DNA of 57,595 bases. Source: Nemertoderma westbladi. Its lineage: Eukaryota > Animalia > Xenacoelomorpha. Of the stretch, positions 28,101-42,387 are shown piece after piece. Below the pieces are notes generated by a model. It saw nothing but the letters and a program-made list of their open reading frames with translations, did no database searches and was not told the DNA's origin. The stretch's first letter is position 1. Every line of letters starts with the position of its first letter. The translations under genes were made by a program, and so were the position numbers. The DNA is taken from positions 1 to 57,595 of the forward strand of contig JAUCBJ010008786.1 of NCBI GenBank assembly GCA_032718475.1, given 5' to 3'.

Positions 28101-31100
28101 TAGAGTAGAGTAGACACGACGGGACACCGCCTACCGATACAGTAAGTATATCGTGGTAGAGTAGAGTAGACACGACGAGACACCGCCTACCGATACAGTA
28201 AGTATATCGTGGTAGAGTAGAGTAGACACGATGGGGCACCGCCTACCGATACAGTAAGTATATCGTGGTAGAGTAGACACGACGGGACACCGCCTACCGA
28301 TACAGTAAGTATATCGTGGTAGAGTAGAGTAGACACGACGGGACACCGCCTACCGATACAGTAAGTATATCGTGGTAGAGTAGAGTAGACACGACGAGAC
28401 ACCGCCTACCGATACAGTAAGTATATCGTGGTAGAGTAGAGTAGACACGATGGGACACCGCCTACCGATACAGTAAGTATATCGTGGTAGAGTAGACACG
28501 ACGGGACACCGCCTACCGATACAGTAAGTATATCGTGGTAGAGTAGAGTAGACACGACGAGACACCGCCTACCGATACAGTAAGTATATCGTGGTAGAGT
28601 AGACACGACGGGACACCGCCTACCGATACAGTAAGTATATCGTGGTAGAGTAGAGTAGACACGACGGGACACCGCCTACCGATACAGTAAGTATATCGTG
28701 GTAGAGTAGAGTAGACACGACGGGACACCGCCTACCGATACAGTAAGTATATCGTGGTAGAGTAGAGTAGACACGACGAGACACCGCCTACCGATACAGT
28801 AAGTATATCGTGGTAGAGTAGAGTAGACACGACGGGACACCGCCTACCGATACAGTAAGTATATCGTGGTAGAGTAGAGTAGACACGACGGGACACCGCC
28901 TACCGATACAGTAAGTATATCGTGGTAGAGTAGAGTAGACACGATGGGGCACCGCCTACCGATACAGTAAGTATATCGTGGTAGAGTAGACACGACGGGA
29001 CACCGCCTACCGATACAGTAAGTATATCGTGGTAGAGTAGAGTAGACACGACGGGACACCGCCTACCGATACAGTAAGTATATCGTGGTAGAGTAGAGTA
29101 GACACGACGGGACACCGCCTACCGATACAGTAAGTATATCGTGGTAGAGTAGAGTAGACACGACGAGACACCGCCTACCGATACAGTAAGTATATCGTGG
29201 TAGAGTAGAGTAGACACGACGGGACACCGCCTACCGATACAGTAAGTATATCGTGGTAGAGTAGAGTAGACACGACGAGACACCGCCTACCGATACAGTA
29301 AGTATATCGTGGTAGAGTAGAGTAGACACGACGAGACACCGCCTACCGATACAGTAAGTATATCGTGGTAGAGTAGAGTAGACACGACGAGACACCGCCT
29401 ACCGATACAGTAAGTATATCGTGGTAGAGTAGAGTAGACACGACGAGACACCGCCTACCGATACAGTAAGTATATCGTGGTAGAGTAGAGTAGACACGAC
29501 GAGACACCGCCTACCGATACAGTAAGTATATCGTGGTAGAGTAGAGTAGACACGACGAGACACCGCCTACCGATACAGTAAGTATATCGTGGTAGAGTAG
29601 AGTAGACACGACGAGACACCGCCTACCGATACAGTAAGTATATCGTGGTAGAGTAGAGTAGACACGACGAGACACCGCCTACCGATACAGTAAGTATATC
29701 GTGGTAGAGTAGAGTAGACACGATGAGACACCGCCTACCGATACAGTAAGTATATCGTGGTAGAGTAGAGTAGACACGATGAGACACCGCCTACCGGTAC
29801 AGTAAGTATATCGTGGTAGAGTAGAGTAGACACGACGGGACACCGCCTACCGATACAGTAAGTATATCGTGGTAGAGTAGACACGACGAGACACCGCCTA
29901 CCGATACAGTAAGTATATCGTGGTAGAGTAGAGTAGCTACGACGGGACACCGCCTACCGATACAGTAAGTATATCGTGGTAGAGTAGAGTAGACACGATG
30001 GGGCACCGCCTACCGATACAGTAAGTATCTCGTGGTAGAGTAGAGTAGACACGACGGGACACCGCCTACCGATACAGTAAGTATATCGTGGTAGAGTAGA
30101 CACGACGAGACACCGCCTACCGATACAGTAAGTATATCGTGGTAGAGTAGAGTAGACACGACGGGACACCGCCTACCGATACAGTAAGTATATCGTGGTA
30201 GAGTAGACACGACGAGACACCGCCTACCGATACAGTAAGTATATCGTGGTAGAGTAGAGTAGACACGACGGGACACCGCCTACCGATACAGTAAGTATAT
30301 CGTGGTAGAGTAGACACGACGAGACACCGCCTACCGATACAGTAAGTATATCGTGGTAGAGTAGAGTAGACACGACGAGACACCGCCTACCGATACAGTA
30401 AGTATATCGTGGTAGAGTAGAGTAGACACGACGGGACACCGCCTACCGATACAGTAAGTATATCGTGGTAGAGTAGACACGGCGAGACACCGCCTACCGA
30501 TACAGTAAGTATATCGTGGTAGAGTAGAGTAGACACGACGAGACACCGCCTACCGATACAGTAAGTATATCGTGGTAGAGTAGAGTAGACACGACGGGAC
30601 TCCGCCTACCGATACAGTAAGTATATCGTGGTAGAGTAGAGTAGACACGACGGGACACCGTCTACCGATACAGTAAGTATATCGTGGTAGAGTAGAGTAG
30701 ACACGATGGGGCACCGCCTACCGATACAGTAAGTATATCGTGGTAGAGTAGAGTAGACACGACGAGACACCGCCTACCGATACAGTAAGTATATCGTGGT
30801 AGAGTAGAGTAGACACGACGAGACACCGCCTACCGATACAGTAAGTATATCGAGGTAGAGTAGAGTAGACACGACGAGACACCGCCTACCGATACAGTAA
30901 GTATATCGTGGTAGAGTAGAGTAGACACGACGGGACACCGCCTACCGATACAGTAAGTATATCGTGGTAGAGTAGAGTAGAGTAGACACAACGGGACACC
31001 GCCTACCGATACAGTAAGTATATCGTGGTAGAGTAGACACGACGGGACACCGCCTACCGATACAGTAAGTATATCGTGGTAGAGTAGAGTAGACACGACG

Positions 31101-34100
31101 AGACACCGCCTACCGATACAGTAAGTATATCGTGGTAGAGTAGAGTAGACACGACGGGACACCGTCTACCGATACAGTAAGTATATCGTGGTAGAGTAGA
31201 GTAGACACGATGGGGCACCGCCTACCGATACAGTAAGTATATCGTGGTAGAGTAGAGTAGACACGACGAGACTCCGCCTACCGATACAGTAAGTATATCG
31301 TGGTAGAGTAGAGTAGACACGACGGGACACCGTCTACCGATACAGTAAGTATATCGTGGTAGAGTAGAGTAGACACGACGGGACACCGCCTACCGATACA
31401 GTAAGTATATCGTGGTAGAGTAGAGTAGACACGACGAGACACCGCCTACCGATACAGTAAGTATATCGTGGTAGAGTAGAGTAGACACGACGAGACACCG
31501 CCTACCGATACAGTAAGTATATCGTGGTAGAGTAGAGTAGACACGACGAGACACCGCCTACCGATACAGTAAGTATATCGTGGTAGAGTAGAGTAGACAC
31601 GACGAGACACCGCCTACCGATACAGTAAGTATATCGTGGTAGAGTAGAGTAGACACGACGAGACACCGCCTACCGATACAGTAAGTATATCGTGGTAGAG
31701 TAGAGTAGACACGACGAAACACCGCCTACCGATACAGTAAGTATATCGTGGTAGAGTAGAGTAGACACGACGAGACACCGCCTACCGATACAGTAAGTAT
31801 ATCGTGGTAGAGTAGAGTAGACACGACGGGACACCGCCTACCGATACAGTAAGTATATCGTGGTAGAGTAGAGTAGACACGACGGGACACCGCCTACCGA
31901 TACAGTAAGTATATCGTGGTAGAGTAGAGTAGACACGACGAGACACCGCCTACCGATACAGTAAGTATATCGTGGTAGAGTAGAGTAGACACGACGGGAC
32001 ACCGCCTACCGATACAGTAAGTATATCGTGGTAGAGTAGAGTAGACACGACGAGACACCGCCTACCGATACAGTAAGTATATCGTGGTAGAGTAGAGTAG
32101 ACACGATGGGGCACCGCCTACCGATACAGTAAGTATATCGTGGTAGAGTAGACACGACGGGACACCGCCTACCGATACAGTAAGTATATCGTGGTAGAGT
32201 AGAGTAGACACGACGGGACACCGCCTACCGATACAGTAAGTATATCGTGGTAGAGTAGAGTAGACACGACGAGACACCGCCTACCGATACAGTAAGTATA
32301 TCGTGGTAGAGTAGAGTAGACAAGACGAGACACCGCCTACCGATACAGTAAGTATATCGTGGTAGAGTAGAGTAGACACGACGGGACACCGCCTACCGAT
32401 ACAGTAAGTATATCGTGGTAGAGTAGAGTAGACACGACGAGACACCGTCTACCGATACAGTTAGTATATCGGGGTAGAGTAGAGTAGACACGACGGGACA
32501 CCGCCTACCGATACAGTAAGTATATCGTGGTAGAGTAGAGTAGACACGACGAGACACCGCCTACCGGTACAGTAAGTATATCGTGGTAGAGTAGAGTAGA
32601 CTCGACGGGACACCGCCTACCGATACAGTTAGTATATCGGGGTAGAGTAGAGTAGACACGACGGGACACCGCCTACCGATACAGTTAGTATATCGGGGTA
32701 GAGTAGAGTAGACACGACGGGACACCGCCTACCGATACAGTAAGTATATCGTGGTAGAGTAGAGTAGACACGACGAGACACCGTCTACCGATACAGTTAG
32801 TATATCGGGGTAGAGTAGAGTAGACACGACGGGACACCGCCTACCGATACAGTAAGTATATCGTGGTAGAGTAGAGTAGACACGACGAGACACCGCCTAC
32901 CGGTACAGTAAGTATATCGTGGTAGAGTAGAGTAGACTCGACGGGACACCGCCTACCGATACAGTTAGTATATCGGGGTAGAGTAGAGTAGACACGACGG
33001 GACACCGCCTACCGATACAGTAAGTATATCGTGGCAGAGTAGAGTAGACACGACGAGACACCGCCTACCGATACAGTAAGTATATCGTGGTAGAGTAGAG
33101 TAGACACGACGGGACACCGCCTACCGATACAGTTAGTATATCGGGGTAGAGTAGAGTAGACACAACGGGACACCGCCTACCGATACAGTAAGTATATCGG
33201 GGTAGAGTAGAGTAGACACGACGGGACACCGCCTACCGATACAGTAAGTATATCGTGGCAGAGTAGAGTAGACACGACGAGACACCGCCTACTGATACAG
33301 TAAGTATATCGTGGTAGAGTAGAGTAGACACGACGAGACACCGCCTACCGATACAGTAAGTATATCGTGGTAGAGTAGAGTAGACACGACGGGACACCGC
33401 CTACCGATACAGTAAGTATATCGTGGTAGAGTAGAGTAGACACGACGGGACACCGCCTACCGATACAGTTAGTATATCGGGGTAGAGTAGAGTAGACACG
33501 ACGGGACACCGCCTACCGATACAGTAAGTATATCGTGGCAGAGTAGAGTAGACACGACGAGACACCGCCTACCGATACAGTAAGTATATCGTGGTAGAGT
33601 AGAGTAGACACGACGAGACACCGCCTACCGATACAGAAAGTATATCGTGGTAGAGTAGACACGACGAGACACCGCCTACCGATACAGTAAGTATATCGTG
33701 GTAGAGTAGAGTAGAGTAGACACGACGAGACACCGCCTACCGATACAGTAAGTATATCGTGGTAGAGTAGAGTAGACACGACGGGACACCGCCTACCGAT
33801 ACAGTAAGTATATCGTGGTAGAGTAGAGTAGACACGACGGGACACCGCCTACCGGTACAGTAAGTATATCGTGGTAGAGTAGAGTAGAGTAGACACGACG
33901 AGACACCGCCCACCGATACAGTAAGTATATCGTGGTAGAGTAGAGTAGACACGACGGGACACCGCCTACCGGTACAGTAAGTATATCGTGGTAGAGTAGA
34001 GTAGACACGACGGGTCACCGCCTACCGATACAGTAAGTATATCGTGGTAGAGTAGAGTAGACACGACGAGACACCGCCTACCGATACAGTAAGTATGTCG

Positions 34101-37100
34101 TGGTAGAGTAGAGTAGACACGACGAGACACCGCCTACCGATACAGTAAGTATATCGTGGTAGAGTAGAGTAGACACGACGAGACACCGCCTACCGATACA
34201 GTAAGTATATCGGGTAGAGTAGAGTAGACACGACGGGACACCGCCTACCGATACAGTAAGTATATCGTGGTAGAGTAGACACGACGAGACACCGCCTACC
34301 GATACAGTAATTATATCGTGGTAGAGTAGAGTAGACACGACGGGACACCGCCTACCGATACAGTAAGTATATCGTGGTAGAGTAGACACGACGAGACACC
34401 GCCTACCGATACAGTAAGTATATCGTGGTAGAGTAGACACGACGAGACACCGCCTACCGATACAGTAAGTATATCGTGGTAGAGTAGAGTAGACACGACG
34501 GGACACCGCCTACCGATACAGTAAGTATATCGTGGTAGAGTAGAGTAGACACGACGAGACACCGCCTACCGATACAGTAAGTATATCGTGGTAGAGTAGA
34601 GTAGACACGACGAGACACCGCCTACCGATACAGTAAGTATATCGTGGTAGAGTAGACACGATGAGACACCGCCTACCGATACAGTAAGTATATCGTGGTA
34701 GAGTAGACACGACGAGACACCGCCTACCGATACAGTAAGTATATCGTGGTAGAGTAGACACGACGAGACACCGCCTACCGATACAGTAAGTATATCGTGG
34801 TAGAGTAGAGTAGACACGACGGGACACCGCCTACCGATACAGTAAGTATATCGTGGTAGAGTAGAGTAGACACGACGGGACACCGCCTACCGATACAGTA
34901 AGTATATCGTGGTAGAGTAGAGTAGACACGACGGGACACCGCCTACCGATACAGTAAGTATATCGTGGTAGAGTAGACACGACGAGACACCGCCTACCGA
35001 TACAGTAAGTATATCGTGGTAGAGTAGACACGACGGGACACCGCCTACCGGTACAGTAAGTATATCGTGGTAGAGTAGAGTAGACACGACGGGACACCGC
35101 CTACCGATACAGTAAGTATATCGTGGTAGAGTAGAGTAGAGACGACGGGACACCACCTACCGATACAGTAAGTATATCGTGGTAGAGTAGACACGACGGG
35201 ACACCGCCTACCGGTACAGTAAGTATATCGTGGTAGAGTAGAGTAGACACGACGGGACACCGCCTACCGATACAGTAAGTATATCCTGGTAGAGTAGAGT
35301 AGACACGACGAGACACCGCCTACCGATACAGTAAGTATATCGTGGTAGAGTAGAGTAGACACGACGAGACACCGCCTACCGATACAGTAAGTATATCGTG
35401 GTAGAGTAGAGTAGTCACGACGAGACACCGCCTACCGATACAGTAAGTATATCGTGGTAGAGTAGAGTAGACACGACGAGACACCGCCTACCGATACAGT
35501 AAGTATATCGTGGTAGAGTAGAGTAGACACGACGAGACACCGCCTACCGATACAGTAAGTATATCGTGGTAGAGTAGAGTAGACACGACGAGACACCGCC
35601 TACCGATACAGTAAGTATATCGTGGTAGAGTAGAGTAGACACGACGGGACACCGCCTACCGATACAGTAAGTATATCGTGGTAGAGTAGAGTAGACACGA
35701 CGAGACACCGCCTACCGATACAGTAAGTATATCGTGGTAGAGTAGAGTAGACACGATGGGGCACCGCCTACCGATACAGTAAGTATATCGTGGTAGAGTA
35801 GAGTAGACACGACGGGACACCGCCTACCGATACAGTAAGTATATCGTGGTAGAGTAGAGTAGACAAGACGAGACACCGCCTACCGATACAGTAAGTATAT
35901 CGTGGTAGAGTAGAGTAGACACGACGGGACACCGCCTACCGATACAGTAAGTATATCGTGGTAGAGTAGAGTAGACACGACGAGACACCGCCTACCGATA
36001 CAGTAAGTATATCGTGGTAGAGTAGAGTAGACACGACGGGACACCGCCTACCGATACAGTAAGTATATCGTGGTAGAGTAGAGTAGACACGACGGGACAC
36101 CGCCTACCGATACAGTAAGTATATCGTGGTAGAGTAGAGTAGAGTAGACACAACGGGACACCGCCTACCGATACAGTAAGTATATCGTGGTAGAGTAGAG
36201 TAGACACGACGGGACACCGCCTACCGATACAATAAGTATATCGTGGTAGAGTAGAGTAGACACGACGAGACACCGTCTACCGATACAGTTAGTATATCGG
36301 GGTAGAGTAGAGTAGACACGACGGGACACCGCCTACCGATACAGTAAGTATATCGTGGTAGAGTAGAGTAGACACGACGAGACACCGCCTACCGGTACAG
36401 TAAGTATATCGTGGTAGAGTAGAGTAGACTCGACGGGACACCGCCTACCGATACAGTTAGTATATCGGGGTAGAGTAGAGTAGACACGACGGGACACCGC
36501 CTACCGATACAGTAAGTATATCGGGGTAGAGTAGAGTAGACACGACGGGACACCGCCTACCGATACAGTAAGTATATCGTGGCAGAGTAGAGTAGACACG
36601 ACGAGACACCGCCTACCGATACAGTAAGTATATCGTGGTAGAGTAGAGTAGACACGACGGGACACCGCCTACCGATACAGTTAGTATATCGGGGTAGAGT
36701 AGAGTAGACACAACGGGACACCGCCTACCGATACAGTAAGTATATCGGGGTAGAGTAGAGTAGACACGACGGGACACCGCCTACCGATACAGTAAGTATA
36801 TCGTGGCAGAGTAGAGTAGACACGACGAGACACCGCCTACTGATACAGTAAGTATATCGTGGTAGAGTAGAGTAGACACGACGAGACACCGCCTACCGAT
36901 ACAGTAAGTATATCGTGGTAGAGTAGAGTAGACACGACGGGACACCGCCTACCGATACAGTAAGTATATCGTGGTAGAGTAGAGTAGACACGACGGGACA
37001 CCGCCTACCGATACAGTTAGTATATCGGGGTAGAGTAGAGTAGACACGACGGGACACCGCCTACCGATACAGTAAGTATATCGTGGCAGAGTAGAGTAGA

Positions 37101-40100
37101 CACGACGAGACACCGCCTACCGATACAGTAAGTATATCGTGGTAGAGTAGAGTAGACACGACGAGACACCGCCTACCGATACAGAAAGTATATCGTGGTA
37201 GAGTAGACACGACGAGACACCGCCTACCGATACAGTAAGTATATCGTGGTAGAGTAGAGTAGAGTAGACACGACGAGACACCGCCTACCGATACAGTAAG
37301 TATATCGTGGTAGAGTAGAGTAGACACGACGGGACACCGCCTACCGATACAGTAAGTATATCGTGGTAGAGTAGAGTAGACACGACGGGACACCGCCTAC
37401 CGGTACAGTAAGTATATCGTGGTAGAGTAGAGTAGAGTAGACACGACGAGACACCGCCCACCGATACAGTAAGTATATCGTGGTAGAGTAGAGTAGACAC
37501 GACGGGACACCGCCTACCGGTACAGTAAGTATATCGTGGTAGAGTAGAGTAGACACGACGGGTCACCGCCTACCGATACAGTAAGTATATCGTGGTAGAG
37601 TAGAGTAGACACGACGAGACACCGCCTACCGATACAGTAAGTATGTCGTGGTAGAGTAGAGTAGACACGACGAGACACCGCCTACCGATACAGTAAGTAT
37701 ATCGTGGTAGAGTAGAGTAGACACGACGAGACACCGCCTACCGATACAGTAAGTATATCGGGTAGAGTAGAGTAGACACGACGGGACACCGCCTACCGAT
37801 ACAGTAAGTATATCGTGGTAGAGTAGACACGACGAGACACCGCCTACCGATACAGTAATTATATCGTGGTAGAGTAGAGTAGACACGACGGGACACCGCC
37901 TACCGATACAGTAAGTATATCGTGGTAGAGTAGACACGACGGGACACCGCCTACCGATACAGTAAGTATATCGTGGTAGAGTAGAGTAGACACGACGAGA
38001 CACCGCCTACCGATACAGTAAGTATATCGTGGTAGAGTAGAGTAGACACGACGAGACACCGCCTACCGATACAGTAAGTATATCGTGGTAGAGTAGACAC
38101 GATGAGACACCGCCTACCGATACAGTAAGTATATCGTGGTAGAGTAGACACGACGAGACACCGCCTACCGATACAGTAAGTATATCGTGGTAGAGTAGAC
38201 ACGACGAGACACCGCCTACCGATACAGTAAGTATATCGTGGTAGAGTAGAGTAGACACGACGGGACACCGCCTACCGATACAGTAAGTATATCGTGGTAG
38301 AGTAGAGTAGACACGACGGGACACCGCCTACCGATACAGTAAGTATATCGTGGTAGAGTAGAGTAGACACGACGGGACACCGCCTACCGATACAGTAAGT
38401 ATATCGTGGTAGAGTAGACACGACGAGACACCGCCTACCGATACAGTAAGTATATCGTGGTAGAGTAGACACGACGGGACACCGCCTACCGGTACAGTAA
38501 GTATATCGTGGTAGAGTAGAGTAGACACGACGGGACACCGCCTACCGATACAGTAAGTATATCGTGGTAGAGTAGAGTAGAGACGACGGGACACCACCTA
38601 CCGATACAGTAAGTATATCGTGGTAGAGTAGACACGACGGGACACCGCCTACCGGTACAGTAAGTATATCGTGGTAGAGTAGAGTAGACACGACGGGACA
38701 CCGCCTACCGATACAGTAAGTATATCCTGGTAGAGTAGAGTAGACACGACGAGACACCGCCTACCGATACAGTAAGTATATCGTGGTAGAGTAGAGTAGA
38801 CACGACGAGACACCGCCTACCGATACAGTAAGTATATCGTGGTAGAGTAGAGTAGTCACGACGAGACACCGCCTACCGATACAGTAAGTATATCGTGGTA
38901 GAGTAGAGTAGACACGACGAGACACCGCCTACCGATACAGTAAGTATATCGTGGTAGAGTAGAGTAGACACGACGAGACACCGCCTACCGATACAGTAAG
39001 TATATCGTGGTAGAGTAGAGTAGACACGACGAGACACCGCCTACCGATACAGTAAGTATATCGTGGTAGAGTAGAGTAGACACGACGGGACACCGCCTAC
39101 CGATACAGTAAGTATATCGTGGTAGAGTAGAGTAGACACGACGAGACACCGCCTACCGATACAGTAAGTATATCGTGGTAGAGTAGAGTAGACACGATGG
39201 GGCACCGCCTACCGATACAGTAAGTATATCGTGGTAGAGTAGAGTAGACACGACGGGACACCGCCTACCGATACAGTAAGTATATCGTGGTAGAGTAGAG
39301 TAGACAAGACGAGACACCGCCTACCGATACAGTAAGTATATCGTGGTAGAGTAGAGTAGACACGACGGGACACCGCCTACCGATACAGTAAGTATATCGT
39401 GGTAGAGTAGAGTAGACACGACGAGACACCGCCTACCGATACAGTAAGTATATCGTGGTAGAGTAGAGTAGACACGACGGGACACCGCCTACCGATACAG
39501 TAAGTATATCGTGGTAGAGTAGAGTAGACACGACGGGACACCGCCTACCGATACAGTAAGTATATCGTGGTAGAGTAGAGTAGAGTAGACACAACGGGAC
39601 ACCGCCTACCGATACAGTAAGTATATCGTGGTAGAGTAGAGTAGACACGACGGGACACCGCCTACCGATACAATAAGTATATCGTGGTAGAGTAGAGTAG
39701 ACACGACGAGACACCGCCTACCGATACAGTAAGTATATCGTGGTAGAGTAGAGTAGACACGACGGGACACCGCCTACCGATACAGTAAGTATATCGTGGT
39801 AGAGTAGAGTAGACACGACGGGACACCGCCTACCGATACAGTAAGTATATCGTGGTAGAGTAGACACGACGAGACACCGCCTACCGATACAGTAAGTATA
39901 TCGTGGTAGAGTAGACACGACGAGACACCGCCTACCGATACAGTAAGTATATCGTGGTAGAGTAGAGTAGAGTAGACACGACGGGACACCGCCTACCGAT
40001 ACAGTACGTATATCGTGGTAGAGCAGAGTAGACACGACGGGACACCGCCTACCGATACAGTAAGTATATCGTGGTAGAGTAGAGTAGACACGACGGGACA

Positions 40101-42107
40101 CCGCCTACCGATACAGTAAGTATATCGTGGTACAGTAGAGTAGACACGACGAGACACCGCCTACCGATACAGTAAGTATATCGTGGTAGAGTAGAGTAGA
40201 CAGGACGAGACACCGCCTACCGATACAGTAAGTATATCGTGGTAGAGTAGAGTAGACACGACGGGACACCGTCTACCGATACAGTAAGTATATCGTGGTA
40301 GAGTAGAGTAGACACGACGAGACACCGCCTACCGATACAGTAAGTATATCGTGGTAGAGTAGAGTAGACACGACGAGACACCGCCTACCGATACAGTAAG
40401 TATATCGTGGTAGAGTAGAGTAGACACGACGAGACACCGCCTACCGATACAGTAAGTATATCGTGGTAGAGTAGAGTAGACAGGACGAGACACCGCCTAC
40501 CGATACAGTAAGTATATCGAGGTAGAGTAGACACGACGGGACACCGCCTACCGATACAGTAAGTATATCGTGGTAGAGTAGAGTAGACACAACGGGACAC
40601 CGCCTACCGATACAGTAAGTATATCGTGGTAGAGTAGAGTAGACACGACGAGACACCGCCTACCGATACAGTAAGTATATCGTGGTAGAGTAGAGTAGAC
40701 ACGACGAGACACCGCCTACCGATACAGTAAGTATATCGTGGTAGAGTAGACACGACGGGACACCGCCTACCGATACAGTAAGTATATCGTGGTAGAGTAG
40801 AGTAGACAGGACGAGACACCGCCTACCGATACAGTAAGTATATCGAGGTAGAGTAGACACGACGGGACACCGCCTACCGATACAGTAAGTATATCGTGGT
40901 AGAGTAGAGTAGACACGACGAGACACCGCCTACCGATACAGTAAGTATATCGAGGTAGAGTAGACACGACGGGACACCGCCTACCGATACAGTAAGTATA
41001 TCGTGGTAGAGTAGAGTAGACACAACGGGACACCGCCTACCGATACAGTAAGTATATCGTGGTAGAGTAGAGTAGACACGACGAGACACCGCCTACCGAT
41101 ACAGTAAGTATATCGTGGTAGAGTAGAGTAGACACGACGAGACACCGCCCACCGATACAATAAGTATATCGTGGTAGAGTAGAGTAGACACGACGAGACA
41201 CCGCCTACCGATATAGTAAGTATATCGTGGTAGAGTAGAGTAGACACGACGGGACACCGCCTACCGATACAGTAAGTATATCGTGGTAGAGTAGAGTAGA
41301 CACGACGAGACACCGCCTACCGATACAGTAAGTATATCGTGGTAGAGTAGAGTAGACACGACGAGACACCGCCTACCGATACAGTAAGTATATCGTGGTA
41401 GAGTAGAGTAGACACGACGAGACACCGCCTACCGATACAGTAAGTATATCGTGGTAGAGTAGAGTAGACACGACGAGACACCGCCTACCGATACAGTAAG
41501 TATATCGAGGTAGAGTAGAGTAGACACGACGAGACACCGCCTACCGATACAGTAAGTATATCGTGGTAGAGTAGAGTAGACACGACGAGACACCGCCTAC
41601 CGATACAGTAAGTATATCGTGGTAGAGTAGAGTAGACACGACGAGACACCGCCTACCGATACAGTAAGTATATCGTGGTAGAGTAGACACGGCGAGACAC
41701 CGCCTACCGATACAGTAAGTATATCGTGGTAGAGTAGAGTAGACACGACGGGACACCGCCTACCGATACGGTAAGTATATCGTGGTAGAGTAGACACGAC
41801 GGGACACCGCCTACCGATACAGTAAGTATATCGTGGTAGAGTAGAGTAGACACGACGAGACACCGCCTACCGATACAGTAAGTATATCGTGGTAGAGTAG
41901 AGTAGACACGACGAGACACCGCCTACCGATACAGTAAGTATATCGTGGTAGAGTAGAGTAGACACGACGAGACACCGCCTACCGATACAGTAAGTATATC
42001 GAGGTAGAGTAGAGTAGACACGACGAGACACCGCCTACCGATACAGTAAGTATATCGTGGTAGAGTAGAGTAGACACGACGAGACACCGCCTACCGATAC
42101 AGTAAGT
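13075..42107 (+). repeat. 51/56-bp satellite derived from the exon-3/intron junction, left block (about 520-530 units by length)
   Basis: Unit is AGTAGACACGACG(A/G)GACACCGCCTACCGATACA GTAAGTATATCGTGGTAG(AGTAG). The first copy is the coding end of the exon. Confidence 0.98.
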
Positions 42108-42387
42108 GATGCTGATACTGATTGGAGATTTGTTCTACTAAACTCTGAAACTAAACAACTGAAACTCAGCACTGTCTGCCTGTATTCTGATTACTGGATT
42201 ATACCTGTACACGTTACCTAACCATTGCTGGTTTGTGTGGTTGGTAGCTGACCCTGGGGGTGTAGAACAGAGTCGTCTACACCCAGATATATGGTGAAGA
42301 CACCAGGGCCGGTGATTCCCAACATTTATTTCGTTATTAAACTGTTCTTGTCTGTGATCTTGTCTCAGTGTCTACTTCAGTACTTTA

